Made by a program: the position numbers and the translations under genes. Shown one piece after another: positions 26,801 to 41,400 of a stretch of 64,000 nucleotides of DNA (position 1 is the stretch's first letter; each line of letters begins with the position of its first letter). The notes under the pieces were generated by a model. The model searched no databases, had not been told where the DNA came from, and worked only from the letters and a program-made list of their open reading frames with translations. The stretch is taken from assembly GCA_964057225.1 (NCBI GenBank), contig OZ059897.1, positions 3,038,001-3,102,000 on the forward strand. Direction: 5' to 3'. This stretch comes from Auanema rhodensis. Its lineage: Eukaryota > Animalia > Nematoda.

Positions 26801-28081
26801 TTTTGTCAAAATGTTTTTGGAAGCAATGTTGAGTGTACATGGGAACTCAACATACACTAATGCATTATTTTTCAAACGATCATAACTAATTTTTGTATGG
26901 AGCGTTTCTCAATGTAGTATAGTGCATTCGATGCGAATTTTTAAGCTGCGTTGATCTGTGTTATCAGATTTGCGCTAGCTTAAAAATGCACCGAGTAATC
27001 AACTGATATAGGTTCACACTTATATCCTCGATTTTCACCCTGAAGAATTAATTTTTTCGTTGAATAACATTGTCCATTGTTTTTGCCTTGAAAAAAGAAA
27101 TCTAAAAACTCCTACTTTTTGTGAAATTATTTAGAAATTTTTCGGGAAAATTTTTGTCACAATGTTTTTGGAAGCAATGTTGAGTGTACATGGGAACTCA
27201 GCATACACTAATGCCTTATTTTTCAAACGATCATAACTAATTTTTGTATAGAGCGTTTCTCAATGTAGTATAGTGCATTCGATGCGGATTTTTAAGCTGC
27301 GTCGATCTGTGTTATCAGATTTGAGTTAGCTTAAAAATGCACCGAGATATCAACTGATATATGTTCACACTTATATCCTCGATTTTCACCCTGAAGAAAT
27401 GATTTTTTCGTTGAAAAACATTGTCCATCGTATTCGTCTTGAAAAAAGGAATCTAAAAACATCTACTTTTTGTGAAATTATTTAGAAATTTTTCGGGAAA
27501 ATTTTTGTCAAAATGTTTTTGGAAGCAATGTTGAGTGTACATGGGAACTCAGCATACACTAATGCATTATTTTTCAAACGATCATAACTAATTTTTGTAT
27601 AGAGCGTTTCTCAATGTAGTATAGTGCATTCGATGCGGATTTTTAAGCTGCGTCGATCTGTGTTATCAGATTTGAGTTAGCTTAAAAATGCACCGAGATA
27701 TCAACTGATATATGTTCACACTTATATCCTCGATTTTCACCCTGAAGAAATGATTTTTTCGTTGAAAAACATTGTCCATCGTATTTGTCTTGAAAAAAGG
27801 AATCTAAAAACATCTACTTTTCGTGAAATTATTTAGAAATTTTTCGGGAAAATTTTTGTCAAAATGTTTTTGGAAGCAATGTTGAGTGTACATGGGAACT
27901 CAACATACACTAATGCATTATTTTTCAAACGATCATAACTAATTTTTTTATAGAGCGTTTCTCAATGTAGTATAGTGCATTCGATGCGGATTTTTAAGCT
28001 GCGTCGATCTGTGTTATCAGATTTGAGTTAGCTTAAAAATGCACCGAGATATCAACTGATATATGTTCACACTTATATCCT

Positions 28082-31000
28082 CGATTTTCACCCTGAAGAA
28101 ATGATTTTTTCGTTGAAAAACATTGTCCATCGTATTCGTCTTGAAAAAAGGAATCTAAAAACATCTACTTTTTGTGAAATTATTTAGAAATTTTTCGGGA
28201 AAATTTTTGTCAAAATGTTTTTGGAAGCAATGTTGAGTGTACATGGGAACTCAACATACACTAATGCATCATTTTTCAAACGATCATAACTTATTTTTGT
28301 ATAGAGCGTTTCTCAATGTAGTTTAGTGCATTCGATGCGGATTTTTAAGCTGCGTCGATCTGTGTTATCAGATTTGCGCTAGCTTAAAAATGCACCGAGA
28401 TATCAACTGATATATGTTTACACTTATATTCTCGATTTTCACCCTGAAGAATTAATTTTTTCGTTGAATAACATTGTCCATCGTCTTCGTCTTGAAAAAA
28501 GGAATCTAAAAACATCTACATTTTGTGAAATTATTTAGAAATTTTTCGGGAAAATTTTTGTCAAAATGTTTTTGAAAGCAATGTTGAGTGTACATGGAAA
28601 CTCAACATACACTAATGCATCATTTTTCAAACGATCATAGCTTATTTTTGTATTGAGCGTTTCTCAATGTAGTATAGTGCATTCGATGCGGATTTTTAAG
28701 CTGCGTCGATCTGTGTTATCAGATTTGCGCTAGCTTAAAAATGCACCGAGATATCAACTGATATAAGTTCACACTTATATCCTCGATTTTCACCCTGAAG
28801 AATTAATTTTTTCGTTGAATAACATTGTCCATCGTTTTCGCCTTGAAAAAAGGAATCTAAAAACATCTACTTTTTGTGAAATTATTTAGAAATTTTTCGG
28901 GAAAATTTTTGTCAAAATGTTTTTGGAAGCAATGTTGAGTGTACATGGGAACTCAACATACACTAATGCATTATTTTTCAAACGATCATAACTTATTTTT
29001 GTATAGAGCGTTTCTCAATGTAGTATAGTGCATTCGATGCGGATTTTTAAGCTGCGTCGATCTGTGTTATCAGATTTGAGTTAGCTTAAAAATGCACCGA
29101 GATATCAACTGATATATGTTCACACTTATATCCTCGATTTTCACCCTGAAGAAATTGTCCATCGTCTTTGTCTTGAAAAAAGGAATCTAAAAACATCTAC
29201 GTTTTGTGAAATTATTTAGAAATTTTTCGGGAAAATTTTTGTCAAAATGTTTTTGGAAGCAATGTTGAGTGTACATGGGAACTCAACATACACTAATGCA
29301 TTATTTTTCAAACGATCATAACTAATTTCTGTAAATAGCGTTTCTCAATGTAGTATAGTGCATTCGATGCGAATTTTTAAGCTGCGTCGATCTGTGTTAT
29401 CAGATTTGAGTTAGCTTAAAAATGCACCGAGATATCAACTGATATATGTTCACACTTATATCCTCGATTTTCACCCTGAAGAAATAGTTTTTTCGTTGAA
29501 AAACATTGTCCATCGTCTTTGACTTGAAAAAAGGAATCTAAAAACATCTACTTTTTGTGAAATTATTTAGAAATTTTTCGGGAAAAGTTTTGTCAAAATG
29601 TTTTTGGAAGCAATGTTGAGTGTACATGGGAACTCAACATACACTAATGCATTATTTTTCAAACGATCATAACTTATTTTTGTATAGAGCGTTTCTCAAT
29701 GTAGTATAGTGCATTCGATGCGGATTTTTAAGCTGCGTCGATCTGTGTTATCAGATTTGAGTTAGCTTAAAAATGCACCGAGATATCAACTGATATATGT
29801 TCACACTTAAATCCTCGACTTTCACCCTGAAGAAATAGTTTTTTCGTTGAAAAACATTGTCCATCGTCTTTGCCTTGAAAAAAGGAATCTAAAAACATCT
29901 ACTTTTTGTGAAATTATTTAGAAATTTTTCGGGAAAATTTTTGTCACAATGTTTTTGAAAGCAATGTTGAGTGTACATGGAAACTCAACATACACTAATG
30001 CATCATTTTTCAAACGATCATAGCTAATTTTTGTATTGAGCGTTTCTCAATGTAGTATAGTGCATTCGATGCGGATTTTTAAGCTGCGTCGATCTGTGTT
30101 ATCAGATTTGCGCTAGCTTGAAAATGCACCCAGATATCAACTGATATAGGTTCACACTTATATCCTCGATTTTCACCCTGAAGAATTAATTTTTTCGTTG
30201 AATAACATTGTCCATCGTTTTCGCCTTGAAAAAAGGAATCTAAAAACATCTACTTTTTGTGAAATTATTTAGAAATTTTTCGGGAAAATTTTTGTCAAAA
30301 TGTTTTTGGAAGCAATGTTGAGTGTACATGGGAACTCAACATACACTAATGCATTATTTTTCAAACGATCATAACTTATTTCTGTAAATAGCGTTTCTCA
30401 ATGTAGTATAGTGCATTCGATGCGGATTTTTAAGCTGCGTCGATCTGTGTTATCAGATTTGAGTTAGCTTAAAAATGCACCGAGATATCAACTGATATAT
30501 GTTCACACTTATATCCTCGATTTTCACCCTGAAGAAATTGTCCATCGTCTTTGTCTTGAAAAAAGGAATCTAAAAACATCTACGTTTTGTGAAATTATTT
30601 AGAAATTTTTCGGGAAAATTTTTGTCACAATGTTTTTGAAAGCAATGTTGAGTGTACATGGAAACTCAACATACACTAATGCATTATTTTTCAAACGATC
30701 ATAACTAATTTCTGTATTGAGCGTTTCTCAATGTAGTATAGTGCATTCGATGCGGATTTTTAAGCTGCGTCGATCTGTGTTATCAGATTTGCGCTAGCTT
30801 GAAAATGCACCGAGATATCAACTGATATAGGTTCACACTTATATCCTCGATTTTCACCCTGAAGAATTGATTTTTTCGTTGAATAACATTGTCCATCGTT
30901 TTCGCCTTGAAAAAAGGAATCTAAAAACATCTACTTTTTGTGAAATTATTTAGAAATTTTTCGGGAAAATTTTTGTCAAAATGTTTTTTGAAGCAATGTT

Positions 31001-34000
31001 GAGTGTACATGGGAACTCAACATACACTAATGCATTATTTTTCAAACGATCATAACTTATTTCTGTAAATAGCGTTTCTCAATGTAGTATAGTGCATTCG
31101 ATGCGGATTTTTAAGCTGCGTCGATCTGTGTTATCAGATTTGAGTTAGCTTAAAAATGCACCGAGATATCAACTGATATATGTTCACACTTATATCCTCG
31201 ATTTTCACCCTGAAGAAATTGTCCATCGTCTTTGTCTTGAAAAAAGGAATCTAAAAACATCTACGTTTTGTGAAATTATTTAGAAATTTTTCGGGAAAAT
31301 TTTTGTCAAAATGTTTTTGGAAGCAATGTTGAGTGTACATGGGAACTCAACATACACTAATGCATTATTTTTCAAACGATCATAACTAATTTCTGTAAAT
31401 AGCGTTTCTCAATGTAGTATAGTGCATTCGATGCGGATTTTTAAGCTGCGTCGATCTGTGTTATCAGATTTGAGTTAGCTTAAAAATGCACCGAGATATC
31501 AACTGATATATGTTCACACTTATATCCTCGATTTTCACCCTGAAGAAATTGTCCATCGTCTTTGTCTTGAAAAAAGGAATCTAAAAACATCTACGTTTTG
31601 TGAAATTATTTAGAAATTTTTCGGGAAAATTTTTGTCAAAATGTTTTTGGAAGCAATGTTGAGTGTACATGGGAACTCAACATACACTAATGCATTATTT
31701 TTCAAACGATCATAACTAATTTCTGTAAATAGCGTTTCTCAATGTAGTATAGTGCATTCGATGCGAATTTTTAAGCTGCGTCGATCTGTGTTATCAGATT
31801 TGAGTTAGCTTAAAAATGCACCGAGATATCAACTGATATATGTTCACACTTTTATCCTCGATTTTCACCCTGAAGAAATAGTTTTTTCGTTGAAAAACAT
31901 TGTCCATCGTCTTTGCCTTGAAAAAAGGAATCTAAAAACATCTACTTTTTGTGAAATTATTTAGAAATTTTTCGGGAAAATTTTTGTCAAAATGTTTTTG
32001 GAAGCAATGTTGAGTGTACATGGGAACTCAACATACACTAATGCATCATTTTTCAAACGATCATAACTTATTTTTGTATAGAGCGTTTCTCAATGTAGTT
32101 TAGTGCATTCGATGCGGATTTTTAAGCTGCGTCGATCTGTGTTATCAGATTTGCGCTAGCTTAAAAATGCACCGAGATATCAACTGATATATGTTCACAC
32201 TTATATTCTCGATTTTCACCCTGAAGAATTAATTTTTTCGTTGAATAACATTGTCCATCGTCTTCGTCTTGAAAAAAGGAATCTAAAAACATCTACATTT
32301 CGTGAAATTATTTAGAAATTTTTCGGGAAAATTTTTGTCAAAATGTTTTTGAAAGCAATGTTGAGTGTACATGGAAACTCAACATACACTAATGCATCAT
32401 TTTTCAAACGATCATAGCTTATTTTTGTATTGAGCGTTTCTCAATGTAGTATAGTGCATTCGATGCGGATTTTTAAGCTGCGTCGATCTGTGTTATCAGA
32501 TTTGCGCTAGCTTAAAAATGCACCGAGATATCAACTGATATAAGTTCACACTTATATCCTCGATTTTCACCCTGAAGAATTAATTTTTTCGTTGAATAAC
32601 ATTGTCCATCGTCTTTGTCTTGAAAAAAGGAATCTAAAAACATCTACTTTTTGTGAAATTATTTAGAAATTTTTCGGGAAAATTTTTGTCAAAATGTTTT
32701 TGGAAGCAATGTTGAGTGTACATGGGAACTCAACATACACTAATGCATTATTTTTCAAACGATCATAACTTATTTTTGTATAGAGCGTTTCTCAATGTAG
32801 TATAGTGCATTCGATGCGGATTTTTAAGCTGCGTCGATCTGTGTTATCAGATTTGAGTTAGCTTAAAAATGCACCGAGATATCAACTGATATATGTTCAC
32901 ACTTATATCCTCGATTTTCACCCTGAAGAAATAGTTTTTTCGTTGAAAAACATTGTCCATCGTCTTTGACTTGAAAAAAGGAATCTAAAAACATCTACTT
33001 TTTGTGAAATTATTTAGAAATTTTTCGGGAAAAGTTTTGTCAAAATGTTTTTGGAAGCAATGTTGAGTGTACATGGGAACTCAACATACACTAATGCATT
33101 ATTTTTCAAACGATCATAACATATTTTTGTATAGAGCGTTTCTCAATGTAGTATAGTGCATTCGATGCGGATTTTTAAGCTGCGTCGATCTGTGTTATCA
33201 GATTTGAGTTAGCTAAAAATGCACCGAGATATCAACTGATATATGTTCACACTTATATCCTCGACTTTCACCCTGAAGAAATAGTTTTTTCGTTGAAAAA
33301 CATTGTCCATCGTCTTTGCCTTGAAAAAAGGAATCTAAAAACATCTACTTTTTGTGAAATTATTTAGAAATTTTTCGGGAAAATTTTTGTCACAATGTTT
33401 TTGAAAGCAATGTTGAGTGTACATGGAAACTCAACATACACTAATGCATCATTTTTCAAACGATCATAGCTAATTTTTGTATTGAGCGTTTCTCAATGTA
33501 GTATAGTGCATTCGATGCGGATTTTTAAGCTGCGTCGATCTGTGTTATCAGATTTGCGCTAGCTTGAAAATGCACCGAGATATCAACTGATATAGGTTCA
33601 CACTTATATCCTCGATTTTCACCCTGAAGAATTAATTTTTTCGTTGAATAACATTGTCCATCGTTTTCGCCTTGAAAAAAGGAATCTAAAAACATCTACT
33701 TTTTGTGAAATTATTTAGAAATTTTTCGGGAAAATTTTTGTCAAAATGTTTTTGGAAGCAATGTTGAGTGTACATGGGAACTCAACATACACTAATGCAT
33801 TATTTTTCAAACGATCATAACTTATTTCTGTAAATAGCGTTTCTCAATGTAGTATAGTGCATTCGATGCGGATTTTTAAGCTGCGTCGATCTGTGTTATC
33901 AGATTTGAGTTAGCTTAAAAATGCACCGAGATATCAACTGATATATGTTCACACGTATATCCTCGATTTTCACCCTGAAGAAATTGTCCATCGTCTTTGT

Positions 34001-34974
34001 CTTGAAAAAAGGAATCTAAAAACATCTACGTTTTGTGAAATTATTTAGAAATTTTTCGGGAAAATTTTTGTCACAATGTTTTTGAAAGCAATGTTGAGTG
34101 TACATGGAAACTCAACATACACTAATGCATTATTTTTCAAACGATCATAACTAATTTCTGTATTGAGCGTTTCTCAATGTAGTATAGTGCATTCGATGCG
34201 GATTTTTAAGCTGCGTCGATCTGTGTTATCAGATTTGCGCTAGCTTGAAAATGCACCGAGATATCAACTGATATAGGTTCACACTTATATCCTCGATTTT
34301 CACCCTGAAGAATTGATTTTTTCGTTGAATAACATTGTCCATCGTTTTCGCCTTGAAAAAAGGAATCTAAAAACATCTACTTTTTGTGAAATTATTTAGA
34401 AATTTTTCGGGAAAATTTTTGTCAAAATGTTTTTGGAAGCAATGTTGAGTGTACATGGGAACTCAACATACACTAATGCATTATTTTTCAAACGATCATA
34501 ACTTATTTCTGTAAATAGCGTTTCTCAATGTAGTATAGTGCATTCGATGCGGATTTTTAAGCTGCGTCGATCTGTGTTATCAGATTTGAGTTAGCTTAAA
34601 AATGCACCGAGATATCAACTGATATATGTTCACACTTATATCCTCGATTTTCACCCTGAAGAAATTGTCCATCGTCTTTGTCTTGAAAAAAGGAATCTAA
34701 AAACATCTACGTTTTGTGAAATTATTTAGAAATTTTTCGGGAAAATTTTTGTCAAAATGTTTTTGGAAGCAATGTTGAGTGTACATGGGAACTCAACATA
34801 CACTAATGCATTATTTTTCAAACGATCATAACTAATTTCTGTAAATAGCGTTTCTCAATGTAGTATAGTGCATTCGATGCGAATTTTTAAGCTGCGTCGA
34901 TCTGTGTTATCAGATTTGAGTTAGCTTAAAAATGCACCGAGATATCAACTGATATATGTTCACACTTATATCCT
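28082..34974. repeat. Imperfect tandem duplication (11 monomers, then 9 monomers) rich in 330-bp deletion units
   Basis: The marker order GTAGTTTAG, CTACATTT, TTTGACTT/GGAAAAGTTT, CGACTTT, deletion unit, AATTGATT, deletion unit is shared by 28082-31858 and 31859-34974. The second copy lacks two deletion units. Confidence 0.8.
29135..29464. repeat. 330-bp monomer variant with a 21-bp deletion (first of nine: 29135, 30518, 31199, 31529, 33964, 34645, 36028, 48644, 49676)
   Basis: GAAGAAATTGTCC replaces GAAGAAATGATTTTTTCGTTGAAAAACATTGTCC, always linked to CTACGTTTT. The copies at 48644 and 49676 read GAAGAACTTGTCC. Confidence 0.97.
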
Positions 34975-37900
34975 CGATTTTCACCCTGAAGAAATAGTTT
35001 TTTCGTTGAAAAACATTGTCCATCGTCTTTGCCTTGAAAAAAGGAATCTAAAAACATCTACTTTTTGTGAAATTATTTAGAAATTTTTCGGGAAAATTTT
35101 TGTCAAAATGTTTTTGGAAGCAATGTTGAGTGTACATGGGAACTTAACATACACTAATGCATTATTTTTCAAACGATCATAACTTATTTTTGTATAGAGC
35201 GTTTCTCAATGTTGTATAGTGCATTCGATGCGGATTTTTAAGCTGCGTCGATCTGTGTTATCAGATTTGAGTTAGCTTAAAAATGCACCGAGATATCAAC
35301 TGATATATGTTCACACTTATATCCTCGACTTTCACCCTGAAGAAATAGTTTTTTCGTTGAAAAACATTGTCCATCGTCTTTGCCTTGAAAAAAGAAATCT
35401 AAAAACATCTACTTTTTGTGAAATTATTTAGAAATTTTTCGGGAAAATTTTTGTCACAATGTTTTTGAAAGCAATGTTGAGTGTACATGGAAACTCAACA
35501 TACACTAATGCATCATTTTTCAAACGATCATAGCTAATTTTTGTATTGAGCGTTTCTCAATGTAGTATAGTGCATTCGATGCGGATTTTTAAGCTGCGTC
35601 GATCTGTGTTATCAGATTTGCGCTAGCTTAAAAATGCACCGAGATATCAACTGATATAAGTTCACACTTATATCCTCGATTTTCACCCTGAAGAATTAAT
35701 TTTTTCGTTGAATAACATTGTCCATCGTTTTTGCCTTGAAAAAAGGAATCTAAAAACATCTACTTTTTGTGAAATTATTTAGAAATTTTTCGGGAAAATT
35801 TTTGTCAAAATGTTTTTGGAAGCAATGTTGAGTGTACATGGGAACTCAACATACACTAATGCATTATTTTTCAAATGATCATAACTTATTTTTGTATAGA
35901 GCGTTTCTCAATGTAGTATAGTGCATTCGATGCGGATTTTTAAGCTGCGTCGATCTGTGTTATCAGATTTGAGTTAGCTTAAAAATGCACCGAGATATCA
36001 ACTGATATATGTTCACACTTATATCCTCGATTTTCACCCTGAAGAAATTGTCCATCGTCTTTGTCTTGAAAAAAGGAATCTAAAAACATCTACGTTTTGT
36101 GAAACTATTTAAAAATTTTTCGGGAAAATTTTTGTCAAAATGTTTTTGGAAGCAATGTTGAGTGTACATGGGAACTCAACATACACTAATGCATTATTTT
36201 TCAAACGATCATAACTAATTTCTGTAAATAGCGTTTCTCAATGTAGTATAGTGCATTCGATGCGAATTTTTAAGCTGCGTCGATCTGTGTTATCAGATTT
36301 GAGTTAGCTTAAAAATGCACCGAGATATCAACTGATATATGTTCACACTTATATCCTCGATTTTCACCCTGAAGAAATAGTTTTTTCGTTGAAAAACATT
36401 GTCCATCGTCTTTGCCTTGAAAAAAGGAATCTAAAAACATCTACTTTTTGTGAAATTATTTAGAAATTTTTCGGGAAAATTTTTGTCAAAATGTTTTTGG
36501 AAGCAATGTTGAGTGTACATGAGAACTCAACATACACTAATGCATTATTTTTCAAACGATCATAACTAATTTCTGTAAATAGCGTTTCTCAATGTAGTAT
36601 AGTGCATTCGATGCGAATTTTTAAGCTGCGTCGATCTGTGTTATCAGATTTGAGTTAGCTTAAAAATGCACCGAGATATCAACTGATATATGTTCACACT
36701 TATATCCTCGACTTTCACCCTGAAGAAATGATTTTTTCGTTGAATAACATTGTCCATCGTCTTCGTCTTGAAAAAAGGAATCTAAAAACATCTACTTTTT
36801 GTGAAATTATTTAGAAATTTTTCGGGAAAATTTTTGTCAAAATGTTTTTGGAAGCAATGTTGAGTGTACATGGGAACTCAACATACACTAATGCATTATT
36901 TTTCAAACGATCATAACTAATTTTTGTATAGAGCGTTTCTCAATGTAGTATAGTGCATTCGATGCGGATTTGTAAGCTGCGTCGATCTGTGTTATCAGAT
37001 TTGAGTTAGCTTAAAAATGCACCGAGATATCAACTGATATATGTTCACACTTATATCCTCGATTTTCACCCTGAAGAAATGATTTTTTCGTTGAATAACA
37101 TTGTCCATCGTCTTCGTCTTGAAAAAAGGAATCTAAAAACATCTACTTTTTGTGAAATTATTTAGAAATTTTTCGGGAAAATTTTTGTCAAAATGTTTTT
37201 GGAAGCAATGTTGAGTGTACATGGGAACTCAACATACACTAATGCATTATTTTTCAAACGATCATAACTAATTTTTGTATAGAGCGTTTCTCAATGTAGT
37301 ATAGTGCATTCGATGCGGATTTTTAAGCTGCGTCGATCTGTGTTATCAGATTTGCGCTAGCTTGAAAATGCACCGAGATATCAACTGATATAGGTTCACA
37401 CTTATATCCTCGATTTTCACCCTGAAGAATTAATTTTTTCGTTGAATAACATTGTCCATCGTCTTTGCCTTGAAAAAAGGAATCTAAAAACATCTACTTT
37501 TTGTGAAATTATTTAGAAATTTTTCGGGAAAATTTTTGTCACAATGTTTTTGGAAGCAATGTTGAGTGTACATGGGAACTCAGCATACACTAATGCATTA
37601 TTTTTCAAACGATCATAACTAATTTTTGTATAGAGCGTTTTTCAAGGTAGTATAGTGCATTCGATGCGGATTTTTAAGCTGCGTCGATCTGTGTTATCAG
37701 ATTTGCACTAGCTTAAAAATGCACCGAGATATCAACTGATATATGTTCACACTTATATCCTCGACTTTCACCCTGAAGAAATGATTTTTTCGTTGAATAA
37801 CATTGTCCATCGTCTTCGTCTTGAAAAAAGGAATCTAAAAACATCTACTTTTTGTGAAATTATTTAGAAATTTTTCGGGAAAATTTTTGTCAAAATGTTT

Positions 37901-38463
37901 TTGGAAGCAATGTTGAGTGTACATGAGAACTCAACATACACTAATGCATTATTTTTCAAACGATCATAACTAATTTCTGTAAATAGCGTTTCTCAATGTA
38001 GTATAGTGCATTCGATGCGAATTTTTAAGCTGCGTCGATCTGTGTTATCAGATTTGAGTTAGCTTAAAAATGCACCGAGATATCAACTGATATATGTTCA
38101 CACTTATATCCTCGATTTTCACCCTGAAGAAATAGTTTTTTCGTTGAAAAACATTGTCCATCGTCTTTGCCTTGAAAAAAAGAATCTAAAAACATCTACT
38201 TTTTGTGAAATTATTCAGAAATTTTTCGGGAAAATTTTTGTCAAAATGTTTTTGGAAGCAATGTTGAGTGTACATGGGAACTCAACATACACTAATGCAT
38301 TATTTTTCAAACGATCATAACTAATTTCTGTAAATAGCGTTTCTCAATGTAGTATAGTGCATTCGATGCGAATTTTTAAGCTGCGTCGATCTGTGTTATC
38401 AGATTTGAGTTAGCTTAAAAATGCACCGAGATATCAACTGATATATGTTCACACTTATATCCT

Positions 38464-41400
38464 CGATTTTCACCCTGAAGAATTAATTTTTTCGTTGAAT
38501 AACATTGTCCATCGTCTTTGCCTTGAAAAAAAGAATCTAAAAACATCTACTTTTTGTGAAATTATTCAGAAATTTTTCGGGAAAATTTTTGTCAAAATGT
38601 TTTTGGAAGCAATGTTGAGTGTACATGGGAACTCAACATACACTAATGCATTATTTTTCATACGATCATAACTAATTTTTGTATAAAGCGTTTCTCAATG
38701 TAGTATAGTGCATTCGAGGCGGATTTTTAAGCTGCGTTGATCTGTGTTATCAGATTTGAGTTAACTTAAAAATGCACCGAGATATCAACTGATATATGTT
38801 CACACTTATATCCTCGATTTTCACCCTGAAGAAATGATTTTTTTGTTGAAAAACATTGTCCATCGTATTCGTCTTGAAAAAAGGAATCTAAAAACATCTA
38901 CTTTTTGTGAAATTATTTAGAAATTTTTCGGGAAAAATTTTGTCAAAATGTTTTTGGAAGCAATGTTGAGTGTACATGGGAACTCAGCATACACTAATGC
39001 ATTATTTTTCAAACGATCATAACTAATTTTTGTATAGAGCGTTTCTCAATGTAGTATAGTGCATTCGATGCGGATTTTTAAGCTGCGTCGATCTGTGTTA
39101 TCAGATTTGAGTTAGCTTAAAAATGCACCGAGATATCAACTGATATATGTTCACACTTATATCCTCGATTTTCACCCTGAAGAAATGATTTTTTCGTTAA
39201 AAAACATTGTCCATCGTATTCGTCTTGAAAAAAGGAATCTAAAAACATCTACTTTTTGTGAAATTATTTAGAAATTTTTCGGGAAAATTTTTGTCAAAAT
39301 GTTTTTGGAAGCAATGTTGAGTGTACATGGGAACTCAACATACACTAATGCATTATTTTTCAAACGATCATAACTAATTTTTGTATAGAGTGTTTCTCAA
39401 TGTAGTATAGTGCATTCGATGCGGATTTTTAAGCTGCGTCGATCTGTGTTATCAGATTTGCGCTAGCTTAAAAATGCACCGAGTAATCAACTGATATAGG
39501 TTCACACTTATATCCTCGATTTTCACCCTGAAGAATTAATTTTTTCGTTGAATAACATTGTCCATCGTCTTTGCCTTGAAAAAAGAAATCTAAAAACTCC
39601 TACTTTTTGTGAAATTATTTAGAAATTTTTCGGGAAAATTTTTGTCACAATGTTTTTGGAAGCAATGTTGAGTGTACATGGGAACTCAGCATACACTAAT
39701 GCATTATTTTTCAAACGATCATAACTAATTTTTGTATAGAGCGTTTCTCAATGTAGTATAGTGCATTCGATGCGGATTTTTAAGCTGCGTCGATCTGTGT
39801 TATCAGATTTGAGTTAGCTTAAAAATGCACCGAGATATCAACTGATATATGTTCACACTTATATCCTTGATTTTCACCCTGAAGAAATGATTTTTTCGTT
39901 AAAAAACATTGTCCATCGTATTCGTCTTGAAAAAAGGAATCTAAAAACATCTACTTTTTGTGAAATTATTTAGAAATTTTTCGGGAAAATTTTTGTCAAA
40001 ATGTTTTTGGAAGCAATGTTGAGTGTACATGGGAACTCAACATACACTAATGCATTATTTTTCAAACGATCATAACTAATTTTTGTATAGAGTGTTTCTC
40101 AATGTAGTATAGTGCATTCGATGCGGATTTTTAAGCTGCGTCGATCTGTGTTATCAGATTTGCGCTAGCTTAAAAATGCACCGAGTAATCAACTGATATA
40201 GGTTCACACTTATATCCTCGATTTTCACCCTGAAGAATTAATTTTTTCGTTGAATAACATTGTCCATCGTCTTTGCCTTGAAAAAAGAAATCTAAAAACT
40301 CCTACTTTTTGTGAAATTATTTAGAAATTTTTCGGGAAAATTTTTGTCACAATGTTTTTGGAAGCAATGTTGAGTGTACATGGGAACTCAGCATACACTA
40401 ATGCATTATTTTTCAAACGATCATAACTAATTTTTGTATAGAGCGTTTCTCAATGTAGTATAGTGCATTCGATGCGGATTTGTAAGCTGCGTCGATCTGT
40501 GTTATCAGATTTGAGTTAGCTTAAAAATGCACCGAGATATCAACTGATATATGTTCACACTTATATCCTCGATTTTCACCCTGAAGAAATGATTTTTTCG
40601 TTGAAAAACATTGTCCATCGTATTCGTCTTGAAAAAAGGAATCTAAAAACATCTACTTTTTGTGAAATTATTTAGAAATTTTTCGGGAAAATTTTTGTCA
40701 AAATGTTTTTGGAAGCAATGTTGAGTGTACATGGGAACTCAACATACACTAATGCATTATTTTTCAAACGATCATAACTAATTTTTGTATAGAGCGTTTC
40801 TCAATGTAGTATAATGCATTCGATGCGGATTTTTAAGCTGCGTCGATCTGTGTTATCAGATTTGCGCTAGCTTGAAAATGCACCGAGATATCAACTGATA
40901 TAGGTTCACACTTATATCCTCGATTTTCACCCTGAAGAATTAATTTTTTCGTTGAATAACATTGTCCATCGTCTTTGCCTTGAAAAAAAGGATTTAAAAA
41001 CATCTACTTTTTGTGAAATTATTTAGAAATTTTTCGGGAAAATTTTTGTCACAATGTTTTTGGAAGCAATGTTGAGTGTACATGGGAACTCAGCATACAC
41101 TAATGCATTATTTTTCAAACGATCATAACTAATTTTTGTATAGAGCGTTTCTCAATGTAGTATAGTGCATTCGATGCGGATTTGTAAGCTGCGTCGATCT
41201 GTGTTATCAGATTTGAGTTAGCTTAAAAATGCACCGAGATATCAACTGATATATGTTCACACTTATATCCTCGATTTTCACCCTGAAGAAATGATTTTTT
41301 CGTTGAAAAACATTGTCCATCGTCTTTGCCTTGAAAAAAAGGAATCTAAAAACATCTACTTTTTGTGAAATTATTTAGAAATTTTTCGGGAAAATTTTTG

